Shown: positions 1-13,084 of the stretch, in pieces
How positions within the stretch are numbered: position 1 is the first letter of the stretch
Layout of the letters: every line of letters starts with the position of its first letter
Assembly (NCBI GenBank): GCA_049999805.1
Contig: JBNGIO010006327.1
Location: 195,394 to 259,393, forward strand
Source of the DNA: Folioceros fuciformis
Taxonomy: Eukaryota
Direction of reading: 5' to 3'
Length of the DNA: 64,000 nt
Notes under the pieces: model-generated
What the model saw: the letters and a program-made list of their open reading frames with translations, nothing else
The model's database searches: none
Told to the model about the DNA's origin: nothing
Program-made: the position numbers and the translations under genes

Positions 1-882
1 AAATCTCTCCTTGAGAAATGTTTGATTATGTGGCTACTAAGTCATCTCTGCACAGACTCTAGAGAGCATTAGTATTCTCTAAAAATTCAAAGATGAATAC
101 ATAAATGAGTATGTGGCGTTTGCATGAATGACGTGGAGAAGTGGACGACGTCCTGAGGAGTCTTCATCACAATATGTGAACAGACAACACAAGAGTCAAA
201 CACACCAAGTTGAGTGGCAGGGAAACAATTGCTGTAGGCGCCGGTTTCCTCAAGGCCAGCGAAATCAGTGGGCACCTCCTCCAGTTGTGCACAAGCCTTA
301 TTAGCTCAACTTGGGGGAAAGAGCTCCATCCCCTCCTGCTTGCAATACCCACGTCAAACCAAGGCGGTTAGATTCACCGACGTATTCAGAAACTAATGAA
401 GGGTTCAATACCCTTGATTCCTTGATTGAGTTCAGGTTGGAGGCATTACGTTCAAGCATCGCCAACTTAGAGGGATCGATACTTACTCAAATTCGTCGGC
501 AGCAATCTCTGTTGTTGCAGCAGGGTGAGCCCTTGATGTTGGTTCAAACCCAGATTCACGGTGTACATAATTCACTCTCTTTTCTATCGGGGAGACTTGA
601 GCACTTGGAGATTGGATCCGCGCCCACTTCTATGCCGCAGTCACATCAGGCCGTCACCAATTTGCCAAATTTGCTGCACACTCGCGAGGATCTATCCATG
701 GTGCCGATGCGCGGGCAGCCATATCTGTAAAGGCGCCCCACGCTACGCGGTCCTTCGCTCAAGATTGGAGGGGGATCACGTGAGCTATTTGCAAGTGCAG
801 TGCTGGAGGGAGGGCGCTCAGGCAGACCTCAACCGGTACTCTTCGCCAGAACGACGATTGATGAGTTCTGCCACCTGTCACT

Positions 883-3044
883 ATGTCGCGTTCACCTGCA
901 ACGTTTTATGTTAGTTTAGATACTTTCATATCTAACCCTAAGTGTGGCGTTTTTAGAAAACGTCACTTACCTCCCTTAGATGTCGTTTCATTTTCTCCCA
1001 TGTTGTTTAGCCTCAGATGGTTGTCTTCGGACTCTGATAGTGATCTAGATGAGGACTTAGCAATAGAACTCGCGTTTGTCCAATCCCTGCAAACTCAGTT
1101 TCCTGCATTCAATCTTCCTCCATACTTATCTACTTCAGTACCACCAATTATCAGTATGACTACTACTACTGGAGCTGGTAAGTATGCTGGAGAGTTCAAA
1201 GAGAAAGATCGTTTCGATGGCAAGCCTGTCAACTATGGAAGTTGGAGAGCCCGAATGCAAGCTTACCTGAATGCTCATGATGTGTGGGAGTTCGTCGATG
1301 GCACTATCCCAAATCCATACAGTGTACTAGCTACATCAGCAGTTCAACCTACAGCTGATGAAAAATTAAAATGGGATAAAGGAAACGAAGTGGCATTTGC
1401 AATCTTACTTTCTAGGTTGGATGCCACAACTGTCATTGAGGTTGAGTTCCTGGCCACAGCAGCTGAAGTCTGGACTCAACTCAAAGACACATACAAAGTC
1501 CAGAATGTTTGTACCTTAATGAACGTCAGGAGTGATTTTCATTCATTCCGGATTCGAGAAGGAGAACCTGTTGGACCGGGTGTCACCAAGCTGAGGTTGA
1601 TGCGAGCACAGTTGTCTGCCCTAGGAGCCAAGATTAGCGAGGTTGAGATGGTCGCTCAACTGTTAACTGCCTTACCTCCATCTTATCAGACATTCATTTC
1701 GGGATAGAACTTGGCACTATCTGCTGCATGCATATTGCCACTGCTGCTGTAAATCAACCTTATTATCTAAATCTGAACGTTGTGGTCTGGGCTCTTTGCA
1801 AGAGGAGGCCAGTAGACACAAACCAGGTCATGCTGCTCGCTCAAGAGGTGAGAAGGTCTTATTTGCAGCTAAGGGCAAACTGTTTGTGAAGGGAAGGGGG
1901 AAGGAGAAGAGATCTTACCAGACTCCAACTGGAAGTGGCTCTACTACTTCAACTCCCTCCAGCAAACGTCAAGGTGTCTGCCACTGGTGTCAAATCCTTG
2001 GCCATTGGGAGTGGGATTGTCGCAAGAAAAAGGCAGGAGAACCTAAGAAGGATCCTCGCTCTGAGGCACATGTTGCTGCCAAGGACAAGGGATCCACTTC
2101 ACACAAGAGCAGCTCAACTGTTTTAATAGTAACAGTCTGTTTGTCATCCTCTGCTGAATTGTCCCACTCCTGGTTCATTGACTCGTGGGCCACGTCTCTT
2201 GTGTATAATAACAAGGATCTATTTGCCACACTGACCACGGAGGTGGCACCACAGTCAGTGTACGTGGGGGACTCTAGGGGAGTAGATGTATGAGGAGTAG
2301 GTTCAGTCTCCATTACCTTGCCTTACGCGTCTGAAATTTTTTTGGAAGACGTCCTTTATGTGCTAGCTATGTCGAAGAATTTGTTGTCCGTTTGTGCTGC
2401 CACTTAGTCTGGAAAATATGGTTTTTCCTTTGAGAAAGGTCACTGCTGCATTTACGGCTTGTCCAAACCTGGAAGATGCATTGCTAAGGGTCAGCTTGTT
2501 AATGAACTTTATCAACTAAACATGACTGCAGAACCAGAAGTGTATGCTACCTCTTCAGTGTCTGAAGCAAACTTGTGGCATGCTAGGCTTGGACACGTTA
2601 ACAAGGACAAGCTGAACCTAATGGCCTCCTTGGACTGCTTTAGGGAGAAGTTGCCCTCCTGCTTTAAGCATCTTCCCGTTTGTCAATCTTGTATCATGTC
2701 TAAGCAGAAAGATCTTCCCTTCAGAAATAAACACGCACACAGACCTCTGGCGGTGTTAGAACTTGTCCATGTGGACATGGCAAGCAAGCTGCAAGTGAAG
2801 TCACTAGGTGGGGCAAAGTATTACCTTACCTTAACAGATGACTACTCAAGGTACACATGGGTGTACCCACTTCACCTGAAAAGTGACGCCTTTGAGTGTA
2901 TTGAATCCTGGATGTCCATGGTACAAAGACAGACTGGGAACCTAGTGAAATGCTTTCGCACTGACAATGGTGGAGAGTTCATAGGTCATCAATATGAAGA
3001 GCTGTTTGAAACCCATGGAATAATACACCAGCTTGCAGTCCCTT
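883..3044 (+). pseudogene. Element A gag/protease/5' integrase, disrupted
   Basis: ORF pieces 883-1707, 1796-2293 and 2459-3049 carry Copia motifs and are separated by stops or frameshifts. Confidence 0.88.
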
Positions 3045-3256
3045 TGTGAATCATTAACCCTGGACAGCTTATGCTAGCTATTGTTAGGGTTATGTTAATA
3101 CACATTTAATTTTGCAACCTTTGGATATTAGGGTTTAGTATAAAAACACATCTGAGATACTTTGCTAATTAATCACTTTTGTTTGTGAGACTCGTGCCAT
3201 TGCTCATTAGGCTCTCGTCTTACACAATGTGCATAAACGATGCCCGTTTGTTGATA
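3045..3256 (+). repeat. 5' LTR of element B (TGTGAA...TTGATA)
   Basis: Matches 9469-9680 with 4 transitions by my reading; directly followed by the PBS. Confidence 0.95.
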
Positions 3257-3269
3257 TGGTATCAGAGCC
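3257..3269 (+). promoter_or_regulatory. Primer-binding site for initiator tRNA-Met
   Basis: TGGTATCAGAGCC immediately after the 5' LTR. Confidence 0.95.
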
Positions 3270-3296
3270 CAATGCTCTGCTATCCGAACGAGTTCT

Positions 3297-3920
3297 GTGA
3301 GAATGCCGAGATCAAGGAATCCAAACAGAGATCAAAATAGGAGAAGTCACGGTGATCGTGGGGGCAAACTTCCTCAACATCAATCACGTGGACTTTCTCT
3401 GGAAGAAGCAATAGATCTCTACAAACAGGATTACTCAAATCTCTGGCTACGGAAATTTGTAGATAAACATTCAAGGTGTGGATTACATAAACCACCCTTT
3501 CAGCAGCCTAACTGGAATAAAGCAGTTGATGCTGAAATCAGAGCTGGCTGTTTGAGGAGAGGTGTGAACCTTGATGGCTTCAAATACAAGCCCCAGGAGA
3601 AATCCACGCTTGCTTGCACACCTGCAATTTCCAGACAAACAGATTTTCGTCACCCACCAAGCAGCAGCCAGAGCATTGCTGACAGATCTCTAGCTGCAGC
3701 TATCAGAGTAGAGAAATCCTTATGTGTTGTCATCTCAAACCAAGAGCTCTTCAGGAACACAGTGGAAGAATTGGACCTGGCCTTGGATTTTGCAGCCCAA
3801 TCAATCCTGGATACAAGACAAAACATTAAGAAGCTTTCTGACCAGTTTCAGAACATGAGTTTGAAGATGGAATTGGAGAAACACTTCACCAGTGTGCAGG
3901 ATTTGCCACAAGTTCGCTGA
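3297..3920 (+). CDS. Extra uninterrupted ORF between PBS and gag of element B, C-terminal heptad/coiled-coil-like, function unknown
   Basis: 207-codon ORF (first ATG 3303) with NTVEELDLALDFAAQSILDTRQNIKKLSDQFQNMSL. Confidence 0.5.
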   Translation: MRMPRSRNPNRDQNRRSHGDRGGKLPQHQSRGLSLEEAIDLYKQDYSNLWLRKFVDKHSRCGLHKPPFQQPNWNKAVDAEIRAGCLRRGVNLDGFKYKPQEKSTLACTPAISRQTDFRHPPSSSQSIADRSLAAAIRVEKSLCVVISNQELFRNTVEELDLALDFAAQSILDTRQNIKKLSDQFQNMSLKMELEKHFTSVQDLPQVR

Positions 3921-4390
3921 TTTTCCTGCTTCCGCTGTGAGGGAGCCTGGAGCGCGAGGCACAGGCACAATCTTGGTGCTAGATACGAAGAGGTGCATGC
4001 ATTGTCGTGACCTTTCGTCTTTCAGTCCTTTCCTGCATGCCATTTTTCAGCCAACAGATGCACCTGTTCACAAGAAGGTGGCATGGTAGTTAGGGTTCTG
4101 AATTCTTGATGCAAGCATGTGTTTTTTGAAATGCTAACCTAACAGGCATAACGTTTCATTTTATCTCATGTACCGTTTTGTAAGCTAACCATGCATGCAG
4201 TGAAGAAGTCGAAGGGGAAATTAGTTTAGAAAGCCTCAGGTAAACAACACTTGTTGCCTTCCAAGCTAAGCTCCCCCTTCAGCCCTTCCCTACACACAAA
4301 TGTTAGCAAGCTGTACACCCTTGTAAGAGAGACATAGATACTTACCTGGATTGTCAGAGCCATAGCTCCTGTACATCTTGGTAGATTCTT

Positions 4391-7300
4391 ATGTCCTCAA
4401 ATCCCATAGATCCATTGTTAGCATCTCTCGTACAGCAATTTCAGTCTTTAAGCATACAGCCACCCCCTGCACAAATATACAAGATGGCTACCTCCACTTC
4501 TCCAGTATTCACAACAAATTTGAAGGAGAAAGACCGTCTCAACGGCCAGAACTACAAAACCTGGCGTGTGAGAATGAAGAGTATCTTGCTGGCTCGTAGT
4601 GTTTGGTCCATAGTTGATAAAACATATGTTAAACCGAATCCCAATGCTACTCTAGCACCTACAGCAGATGAAATTGCTAAGTGGGATCAGCATAATGTAA
4701 TAGCAGTTGCTCTTCTAATAAATGGGATAGATACAAATCTTGTGCCAGATGTAGAACCCTTGACAGAGGCTTCTGCAATTTGGGCACAACTAGAGAAAAC
4801 ATATCAGCAGCAGAACATGATGTCTCTGTGTGCAGTGCAAACAGAATTTTTCTTGTTACGCATGAAAGAGGGTCGGCACATACTAGTAAGTTCCGACGTC
4901 TTAGAGCTCATATTACTTTGTTGACTGGTGAGAAAATACCAGAAACACAAGCAGTTGCAAAGCTCCTCTCTAGTTTACCTCCCTCATATCAAGCTTTTGT
5001 GACAACCCAAAATGGGCCTATCAAACCATCTGGTGTTGCTGGTTCTTCTGCAAGCACAATCACTATTGAAGACGTGATTGGGGCCTTGTATCAAGAAGAG
5101 CAGGCCTGCATGCTTTCTGCTGGAGTCCCTAGGAACAAGGTAGAAAAGGCATTGGCGACAGGTTTTAAACCCAACAGAGGGAAAGCCAAAAGCAAGGTTG
5201 GAGGTAGACCTGAACCTTCATCTTCTTCATCTCCCAAGAGGCCGGGAAACTGCAATTGGTGCGGCATCGCTGGTCACTGGGCAAGAGAGTGCAAGAAAAA
5301 GAAGTCAGGAGAACCTCAGCGTACTCAAAAAGGCACTGCAACAGTTGCCATCAAAGAGACAAAATCAGGTGACACCAAACCTGTGGTGAAGATCTTTATG
5401 ATTTTTCTTGCCAGTGCATGGTATGAGGAGGGCACACATATGCACAAAGAAAGATCAGTTCTTCACATTAGGCCTTAGCAATTCTGCTGACAAGGTGCTA
5501 CTTGGTGATGAACAAAACAAGACTAGCCTACAGATCAAAGGACATGGAACCTGTAAGTTCACATTACATGATGGTTCTGTCCAGTCTCTTAATGATGTGC
5601 TGTACGTACCCCACTATGGCCAAAAATTTACTATCATTGAGCAAGCTGATGCAACTCAAGCGTTACGAACTTCGTGTCGTGGATGACACATGTTCTTTCT
5701 ATAAGAAGGATGCCGACCAGATCCTTTTGTTCAAAGGCATACCAGATAACGACCTATATAGGTTGGACATATTTCCCATACGTCATCAGGCTAATCTGGT
5801 TTCCAAGGATACACAAAAACTGGCTGTTCTGTGGCATGCACAGCTAGGACACGTCAACAAGCACAAACTTGTTGACATGTCTCTTCAGCAATGTCATCTT
5901 GAGCCCCTACCTCGTTGCTTCAAGAATCTTCCATCTTGTGAGGCGTGCACTGTTGCCAAACAGAAACAGCAGCCCTTCCCATCCTTGGCTACCTTCCGAG
6001 CAACACAAGTACTTGAATTAATACACGCGGATATATGAGGCAAGATACATGTCCCCTCTGTAGGAGGATCTCACTACTATCTTTGCTTAACGGACGACTT
6101 TTCGAAATATACCTGGACTTTTCCTATGCAGCAGAAAAGTGACACCTTCGAAACATTTCGTGCTTGGCTTGTGACTGTCCAACGACAGACAGGCCGTCTT
6201 CTCAAGTTGCTTCGTACAAACAATGGCACTGAATTTATCAATCCTACCTTTGATGACCTGCTGCAGGAACACGGTATTCAAAGACAGCTCACTGTACCTT
6301 ATACACCGCAACAGAACGGTGTAGCAGAGCGTAAGAATCAGACCTTACTCTCTATGACACGCAGCATGTTGTTATGGGCTGGCCTTCCCCAAAATTATTG
6401 GGCTGAAGCTATTGTTACAGCCACGTATGTGCTTAACAGGCTCTGCACTCTTTCAGTCCCTAAGAAAACGCCTTTTGAAGCTTTCTGGAACCGGAAACCT
6501 AGCCTTCTCCATCTCCGTGTTTTTGGCTCAAGAGCTTTTGCTCTCATCCCAGAGGAGAAGAGGAAGAAACTGGATCCGAGAGCCCAAGCTCTTATTTTTG
6601 TCGGATACAGTGAACAAGTGAAGGCCTACAAACTATACAATCCTGCAACCCAACAGATTGTGTTAGACCGTTCTGTCACTTTTATCGAACCAGTAAAGCT
6701 TGTAACACCAGGACTGCTGTCACATTTGGATTCTGAGGGAGATACTAACCTTATTGAAGGAGAAACTTCATATTCACAATTTCCACAAGATGCTTCTGCA
6801 GAAGAAGAAAAAGATTTTGAGATTGTGTTTCCTGACCCACCACATGTACAGAATCCACAGCCTGTTATTCCCATGCAACCTGTAAGACAGATACCATTAG
6901 CAGGAAATGATCCAGACCCACCTTATGGCGAACCTCCAGTTGCTGAACATGATGAGCTAGGTTTAGAGGGAGCAGATGCTGCACATCACAATGCACAAGA
7001 TGAATATGATTTTCTGAATGGAGACCAAAATCATGCAGAAATAGCTGATGATGCTCATGAGCATGTACAAGTTGTAATTGAACCTAAACCTGAACCACTT
7101 AGACACTCTTCTAGACATCGTCCTCCTCCAGACCAATGGAAAGAACCACCATATCTGTCTGTTGATTTCAGGACTTCCTATGCTGAGGTTGTCCATTCTG
7201 CATCTATGACTTTACACCTTGAGCCACAGTCCTACAAGGAAGCTTGCTCAAGCCCAGAATCTGAAAAATGGAGAATTGCGATTGAGGACGAATACAACTC

Positions 7301-8771
7301 TTTGGTAAAGAACCAAACCTGGAAACTGGTTGATCTTCCTCCTGGTCGAAAGCCCATATCATGTAAATGGGTGTTTAAATTAAAGCTCAATGCAAAAGGG
7401 GAGAATTAAAGCTCAATGCATAAGGCACGTTTGGTAGCTAGAGGCTTCGCTCAGGTGGAAGGCCTGGATTACCAGGAAACATTTTCCCCAGTAGTCAGAT
7501 CACAATCAATCATGGTGATTCTTGCACTTGCTGCTGAGTATGACTTGGATTTACACCAAATGGATGTGTGCACGGCCTTCCTATATGGATCTCTCGATGA
7601 AGATCTATACATGACACAACGAGAGGGTTATGAAGACCCCAAACATCCTGGAAAGGTTCTCAAGCTGCTTAAAACAATTTACGGCTTGAAACAAAGTGGC
7701 AGAGTGTGGTACCTGACCATTCATGTGTATTTGCTGAGTGTATCCTTCGTTCAAAGTGCTGCAGACAGCAATGTTTATAGAATGTCAAGAGGAGATGCTT
7801 ATGTTGTGCTCGCCTTATACGTTGACGACGTGATCCTGGCGACAAACAATCAAGACCTGTTAGCAGAAGTCAAAACAATGCTAAGCAGTAAGTTTGAGAT
7901 GAAAGATATAGGGGAATTGAAATTCTGTTTGGGCATCCAGTTGCTCCGGGTCAGATCTGAAGGTCTGCTGTACATACACCAGTATAAGTACATCCAACTG
8001 CTGCTGGATAAATTCAAGCTCGATGAGGCATGTCATGCCTCTACCCCATCTGCCCTAGGAGCTAAGCTTACAAGCTTACAGTGTCCCCAGTCTGCTGAAG
8101 AACAAAAGGAGATGATAGATATCCCTTACCGTCAAGCAGTAGGTAGTCTGCTGTTTGTCGCAAACTGGACTCGTCCAGATATACAATACTCTGTCAGTAC
8201 CCTGTCACAATTTCTAGAGAAGCCTGGTAAGGCACACTGGGTAGCTGTTAAACGTGTATTTAGATACCTAAAAGGGACCCAATACTATGGACTTGTCTAT
8301 AAAAGCAGCGGACAAGGACAACTTACTCTAAGAGGATTTACAAATGCAGATTGGGCATCTGTTAGCGACAGCTGTAGAAGCTTATCTACATATTGCTTTT
8401 TATTAGCATGTGCGGCTGTAAGTTGGAGCTGCAAAAAGCAGACATCAATTGCTCTATCCTCGACAGAAGCTGAATATAAAAGCTTAACAGATGCCTCAAA
8501 GGAGGCAGAGTGGGAACGTACCTTCCTACAAGACCTTGGGGAGCAGCAGACAGCAGCAACTCCACTCCTGTGTGATAATATGTCAGCACTTGCCCTAGTT
8601 GCAAATCCTCACTTTCACACAAGAACAAAACATATCGAGATACAACATCATTATATCAGGGATGTTGTTGAGCGAGGAGTTGTCAAAGTTGGCTATGTGA
8701 GCACAGAAGACAATACTGCTGACATCGGCCGAACTTGGCTTATAGGATTTCTCAGGGTATTTCAACGATGA
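4391..8771 (+). pseudogene. Element B gag-pol, frameshifted
   Basis: gag, CNWC..GHWARECK knuckle, LWHAQLGH, TVPYTPQQNGVAERKN, KARLVARGF, LYVDD, RNase H up to TADI. Breaks near 4870, 5410, 5610, 6036 and 7404. Confidence 0.93.
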
Positions 8772-9459
8772 GCTGGCATGAGCAACTGTGGACTTATCTG
8801 TAATTACAGCATGCTCAGCACAGCAGAAATGGTCATCAGCAGGCGGATGAAGCCCCACGATTACCTTATCACCTGGCTGCTTGACACCTCAACGACCGTA
8901 TTCGCCATCTTCCTTGAGCTGGCCCAAGAGCTTCACTGCCTCCCTAAGACAGAGGACCAAGCCAGCCTCTCTCTCGATTTCCTCCTGTGTCCATGGCCGG
9001 AGTTTTTTTTTTTGCCTCGTCCTTGCCAGCTGGTATTGGCCTCCTCCAGCTCAGAGTGATGTTAAGCTCAACCCGATATCCCATGATATTCAGGTACTGG
9101 CCACAGCACAGGCAATGCTCCTCCCCATCAGTCACAATTTCAGGCTCCGGGACAGTGGATTGGGAGCTGGATTCCTGTCCATACTCCATCCTTCTCCTTG
9201 CACGTCGTCTGCTACCACTCGCCCTGCTTGCATACAGCTGCCCCCTTCGCATCTTCGTCACAACAACAATTGCCAGACGTGTGATTGTGAAGAGGGCTGC
9301 CAGCATATAGGCAAGGGCGGTGTCCAGCTGAATCGCCATCGCTGGCTCATGTTTTTTCAGCTGTGTCCTGGAGCCCTCGAGTTTGTTGTGTCCTGGTGCG
9401 TCCGAGTTCGGTTGTTGGGCATAATGTCTCACATGTGCCTGCTTAAGCCTGTCCAGCTT

Positions 9460-9468
9460 AAGAGGGAG
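9460..9468 (+). promoter_or_regulatory. Polypurine tract of element B
   Basis: AAGAGGGAG abutting the 3' LTR start. Confidence 0.85.
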
Positions 9469-9680
9469 TGTGAATCGTTAACCCTGGACAGCTTATGCTA
9501 GCTATTGTTAGGGTTATGTTAATATACATTTAATTTTGCAACCTTTGGATATTAGGGTTTAGTATAAAAACACGTCTGAGATACTTTGCTAATTAATCAC
9601 TTTTGTTTGTGAGACTCGTGCCATTGCTCATTAGGCTCTCGTCTTACACAACGTGCATAAACGATGCCCGTTTGTTGATA
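9469..9680 (+). repeat. 3' LTR of element B
   Basis: Direct repeat of 3045-3256, followed by TSD CCCTT. Confidence 0.95.
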
Positions 9681-11996
9681 CCCTTACACTCAGCAACAAA
9701 ATGGAGTGGCTAAACGTAAGAATGGGTATGACTACGAGCATGCTTGGATGGGCAAGATTGCTTAAACAATATTGGGCTGAAGCCCTCACAATAGCTGCTT
9801 ACATACTTAATCGAATTTTGACAACATCTGTACCTGGTAAAACCCCTTACGAGGTTTTCTGGAAGAAAAAACCAAATCTTTTGCACATGCGAGTCTTCGG
9901 CTCCATAGCGTGTGCTTATGTTCTTAAGCAGAAACGACGCAAGGTAGACAACAGGGCCAAGCCCTTACTTTTTCTTGGTTACTCTGAAGTATCAAAAGCA
10001 TACAAATTATATGAGCCTTCAACCAGAAGAGTGGTACTAGCTCGGAGTGTAACCTTTGATGAACTCTCATCTCCTCGTTAGAGTACAGTTGCAACTTATG
10101 GTGCCAGTTGACCCATCCTGGTTGATGATGAAGACAATCCAGGGTCTGAACTGCTTGCCGAAGTTTCTATTCAAGCTGAATCTACAACAGGTTCACCTCC
10201 ATTAGTTGTCACACACCCAACAGTTAATTACCCTGATTCTGATGGCGAGTTTTCATTACCTATGGTGGATGACGTTGTTGATGGTGAAGAGTCTGTAGCA
10301 GATCCTCATGTAGATCAAGATTTTCTTCATGGTCATGATGGACAATCAGAGTCTACTGACTCACTGTCAGATCATGGTGAAGCTGCTAATGTTCTAGATG
10401 ATGAGTTCCCAGCTGTCCAAGAAGTGGGAGCACCTGTCGATGAACGTTTCACTGTAGAGGAATCCAGATACCCTGCACGAGACAGACGACCTCGTGAGCA
10501 ATGGACTGAACCCCCTTACCAAGCTTTGGATTTTAGACGAGGAGCACAAGCACATGTGTCTGACTTTAATGTGCCTGAAGTTTGCCCTGATCCACAAATA
10601 TATCATGAAGTGATTAATGGCCCTAATCGTCCTAATTGGAGAACATCTATCAATGAAGAGTATGCATCCCTTATAAAAAATAGCACTTGGGAACTTGTTG
10701 ACTTACCAGAAGGCAGGAAACCCATCAGCTGCAAGTGGGTCTTCAAGACCAAGCTCAAGGCAGATGGGACCATTTCTCGATATAAGTCCAGGTTAGTTGC
10801 AAGGGGCTTCAGTCAGATCCCTGGTATAGACTATGGTGATACTTTTTCACCAGTGGTCAAGCCGTCCTCCATTCACATTCTGTTGGCTATGGCAGCAGAA
10901 TATGATCTCGAAGTACAGCAAATGGATATCTGTACTGCATTCCTGCATGGAGAATTAGAGGAGACCCTGTATATGGAGCAGCCCCAGGGTTTTATCACTC
11001 CAAAAACAGCAAGCAAGGTTTGCAAGTTACTGAAGACCATTTATGGTCTTAAGCAGTCTCCTCTGGCCTGGTATAAAAGGATTATGAAGTACTTATGGAA
11101 GTTAGGTTTTCAGTAGTCTCCTGCTAATACCAATGTATTTTATCTTGTCGTTGGTACTCTGTTTGTTATCCTGGCCCTGTACGTTGATGACTGCGTCCTT
11201 CTCAGTATTAGCAAAGATCAACTTGAAGAGGTGAAAGTAATGTTGCGCCAAGAGTTTGAAATGACAGATTACGGGGATCTCCAGTTTTGTTTTGGCATCC
11301 AAATTCTGCGCCACAGATTGCATGAGTGCACGAGAGATTAAGGACATGCAGGCTGTACTGTATGCAGAGGCAGTTGGCTAGTTAATATACGTTGCAAATT
11401 GGACCAGACTAGATATCAATTACTCTGTGTCTATGGTGTCCTTGTTTCTTAAGTCACATGGAAGATAGCACTGGGCAGCTGTTAAAAGGATCTACCGCTA
11501 TCTTAAGGGTACAGCATCTTATGGGCTACAATATACAAGCAATGGGAGCAACAGGCTTGAACTTATCTCGTTTGCTTATGCCGATTGGGCGTCAGATGCC
11601 GACACCAAGAAGAGCCTGTAAGCTTATTGTTGTCTGTTGGCCTCTGGAACTGTCAACTGGAGTTGCAAAAAGCAAACTTCACCTGCCCTTTCGTCGAGTG
11701 AGGCTGAGTACAAGGTGCTTACGGATGCCTGCAAGGAGGCTGAATGGCAAAGGCAATTTTTGGAGTCAGTAAATCAAACACAGATAGAACCAACCTTGCT
11801 GCACTATGACAATATGAGCGCTATAGCTCTCGTATCTAATCCCCGTTTTCACGCTCAAACAAAGCACATTGAGCTCTATCATCATTATATTAGGGATGTA
11901 GCAGAACAAGGAGCTATTAAAGTCCAATACATCAGCACTCACCTTAATACTGCAGACATACTCACAAAAGGGCTCCCAAAGGCCAAACACTTCTAG
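9681..11996 (+). pseudogene. Element A 3' integrase, RT and RNase H, disrupted
   Basis: YWAEA..AAY..NR, TWELVDLPEGRKPISCKWVFK, YGLKQSP, SSSEAEY, TKHIE, TADILTKGL. Confidence 0.92.
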
Positions 11997-13084
11997 CATA
12001 TGGCGGCCTTAGGACTGAGAGAGTTCAGCCACTCTACAAAAACAGACTGACTATCCTAGGCAGGTGTTGTGGCTAATGTTGAAGCACAATGTTGTTCACA
12101 CACTGGGTCTTCACCTTAGTGGCCTTTGCTACTGCTGTGACGAGAAACAACTCTATGTTTCTTTGAGCCACATTGTAGAGATAGATCAGGTCTTAGGTTA
12201 AAACACTGTACATGCATGATTGGTGGATGAAGCATAAAGCCTGGATTGAGTTGCAGTTATAGCATGGAATAGGGTTAGGTGGAAAAGTCATTGACCTTGT
12301 ACAACTTCTTTCCACAGAGGGGGCACAGACGGCATCTATGTGCACACACGCTACAGTCTCAGTTCCTTTCAGCTCTGTTGGCTTCTACGTCGTCAAAGGT
12401 TCTGTTGGCGGTGGCTATTGCTCTGGTTACGGCTTCCTCCACTAAGGCTGCCTGCTGTCGGGTCACTTCAGCTCTCTTTGTGTCTAGTAGAGCCTCCATC
12501 TCAGCCAAGGTTGCCATAACACCAGCAACTTACTACTCAAGTACAGGAACAGTGGGAGCTTGTCCTCCAGCTCCAACTTGACGAGAAGGGAGCACAACAT
12601 TTGTTTCTTCATCTGTGGTGTTGGCGACTGGATCAATGTTGGTCATGTCCGGCTCAGACTCCGAGGACTCTAGCTCAACAGTGACCGGAGCTGGCAATAG
12701 AGCCTTCACTGGTGGACGCTCATCAGGAGGGAGAGCCTCCGTTGTTGACTCCACTGTTTGCAGAGCAACTCTGCGTGTAGAGGATCGACCGCGTGCTTCG
12801 CTCCCGCCAGTGCTGAGAGAACTCTTCATGTTACTGTGCTACGAATCTTGAACAGGGTTTGCACTGAGAGATGCTCTAGAGCTTGTCTTCACCTTCGAGC
12901 CTGCGCACACGATCGGTTTGCTGAACAAGAAGGAAGCTCGGCATATAAGCAGAGGCGTTCAGGAGCTACACGTTGTGTACGTCGGATGGACGCCACGATT
13001 ACTGAGAGTTGTTGGCGCTTAATGGTGCATGATGACTGAGAGTACAAACCCCTAGCTATATAAACCATGTGGGTTTGGTGGGAG

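Larger units (their letters stand above)
3045..9680 (+). mobile_element. Full-length Ty1/Copia element B nested in the integrase of A
   Basis: Two 212-bp LTRs, PBS, PPT and a 5-bp TSD CCCTT at 3040-3044 and 9681-9685; gag-PR-IN-RT-RH order. Confidence 0.96.
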
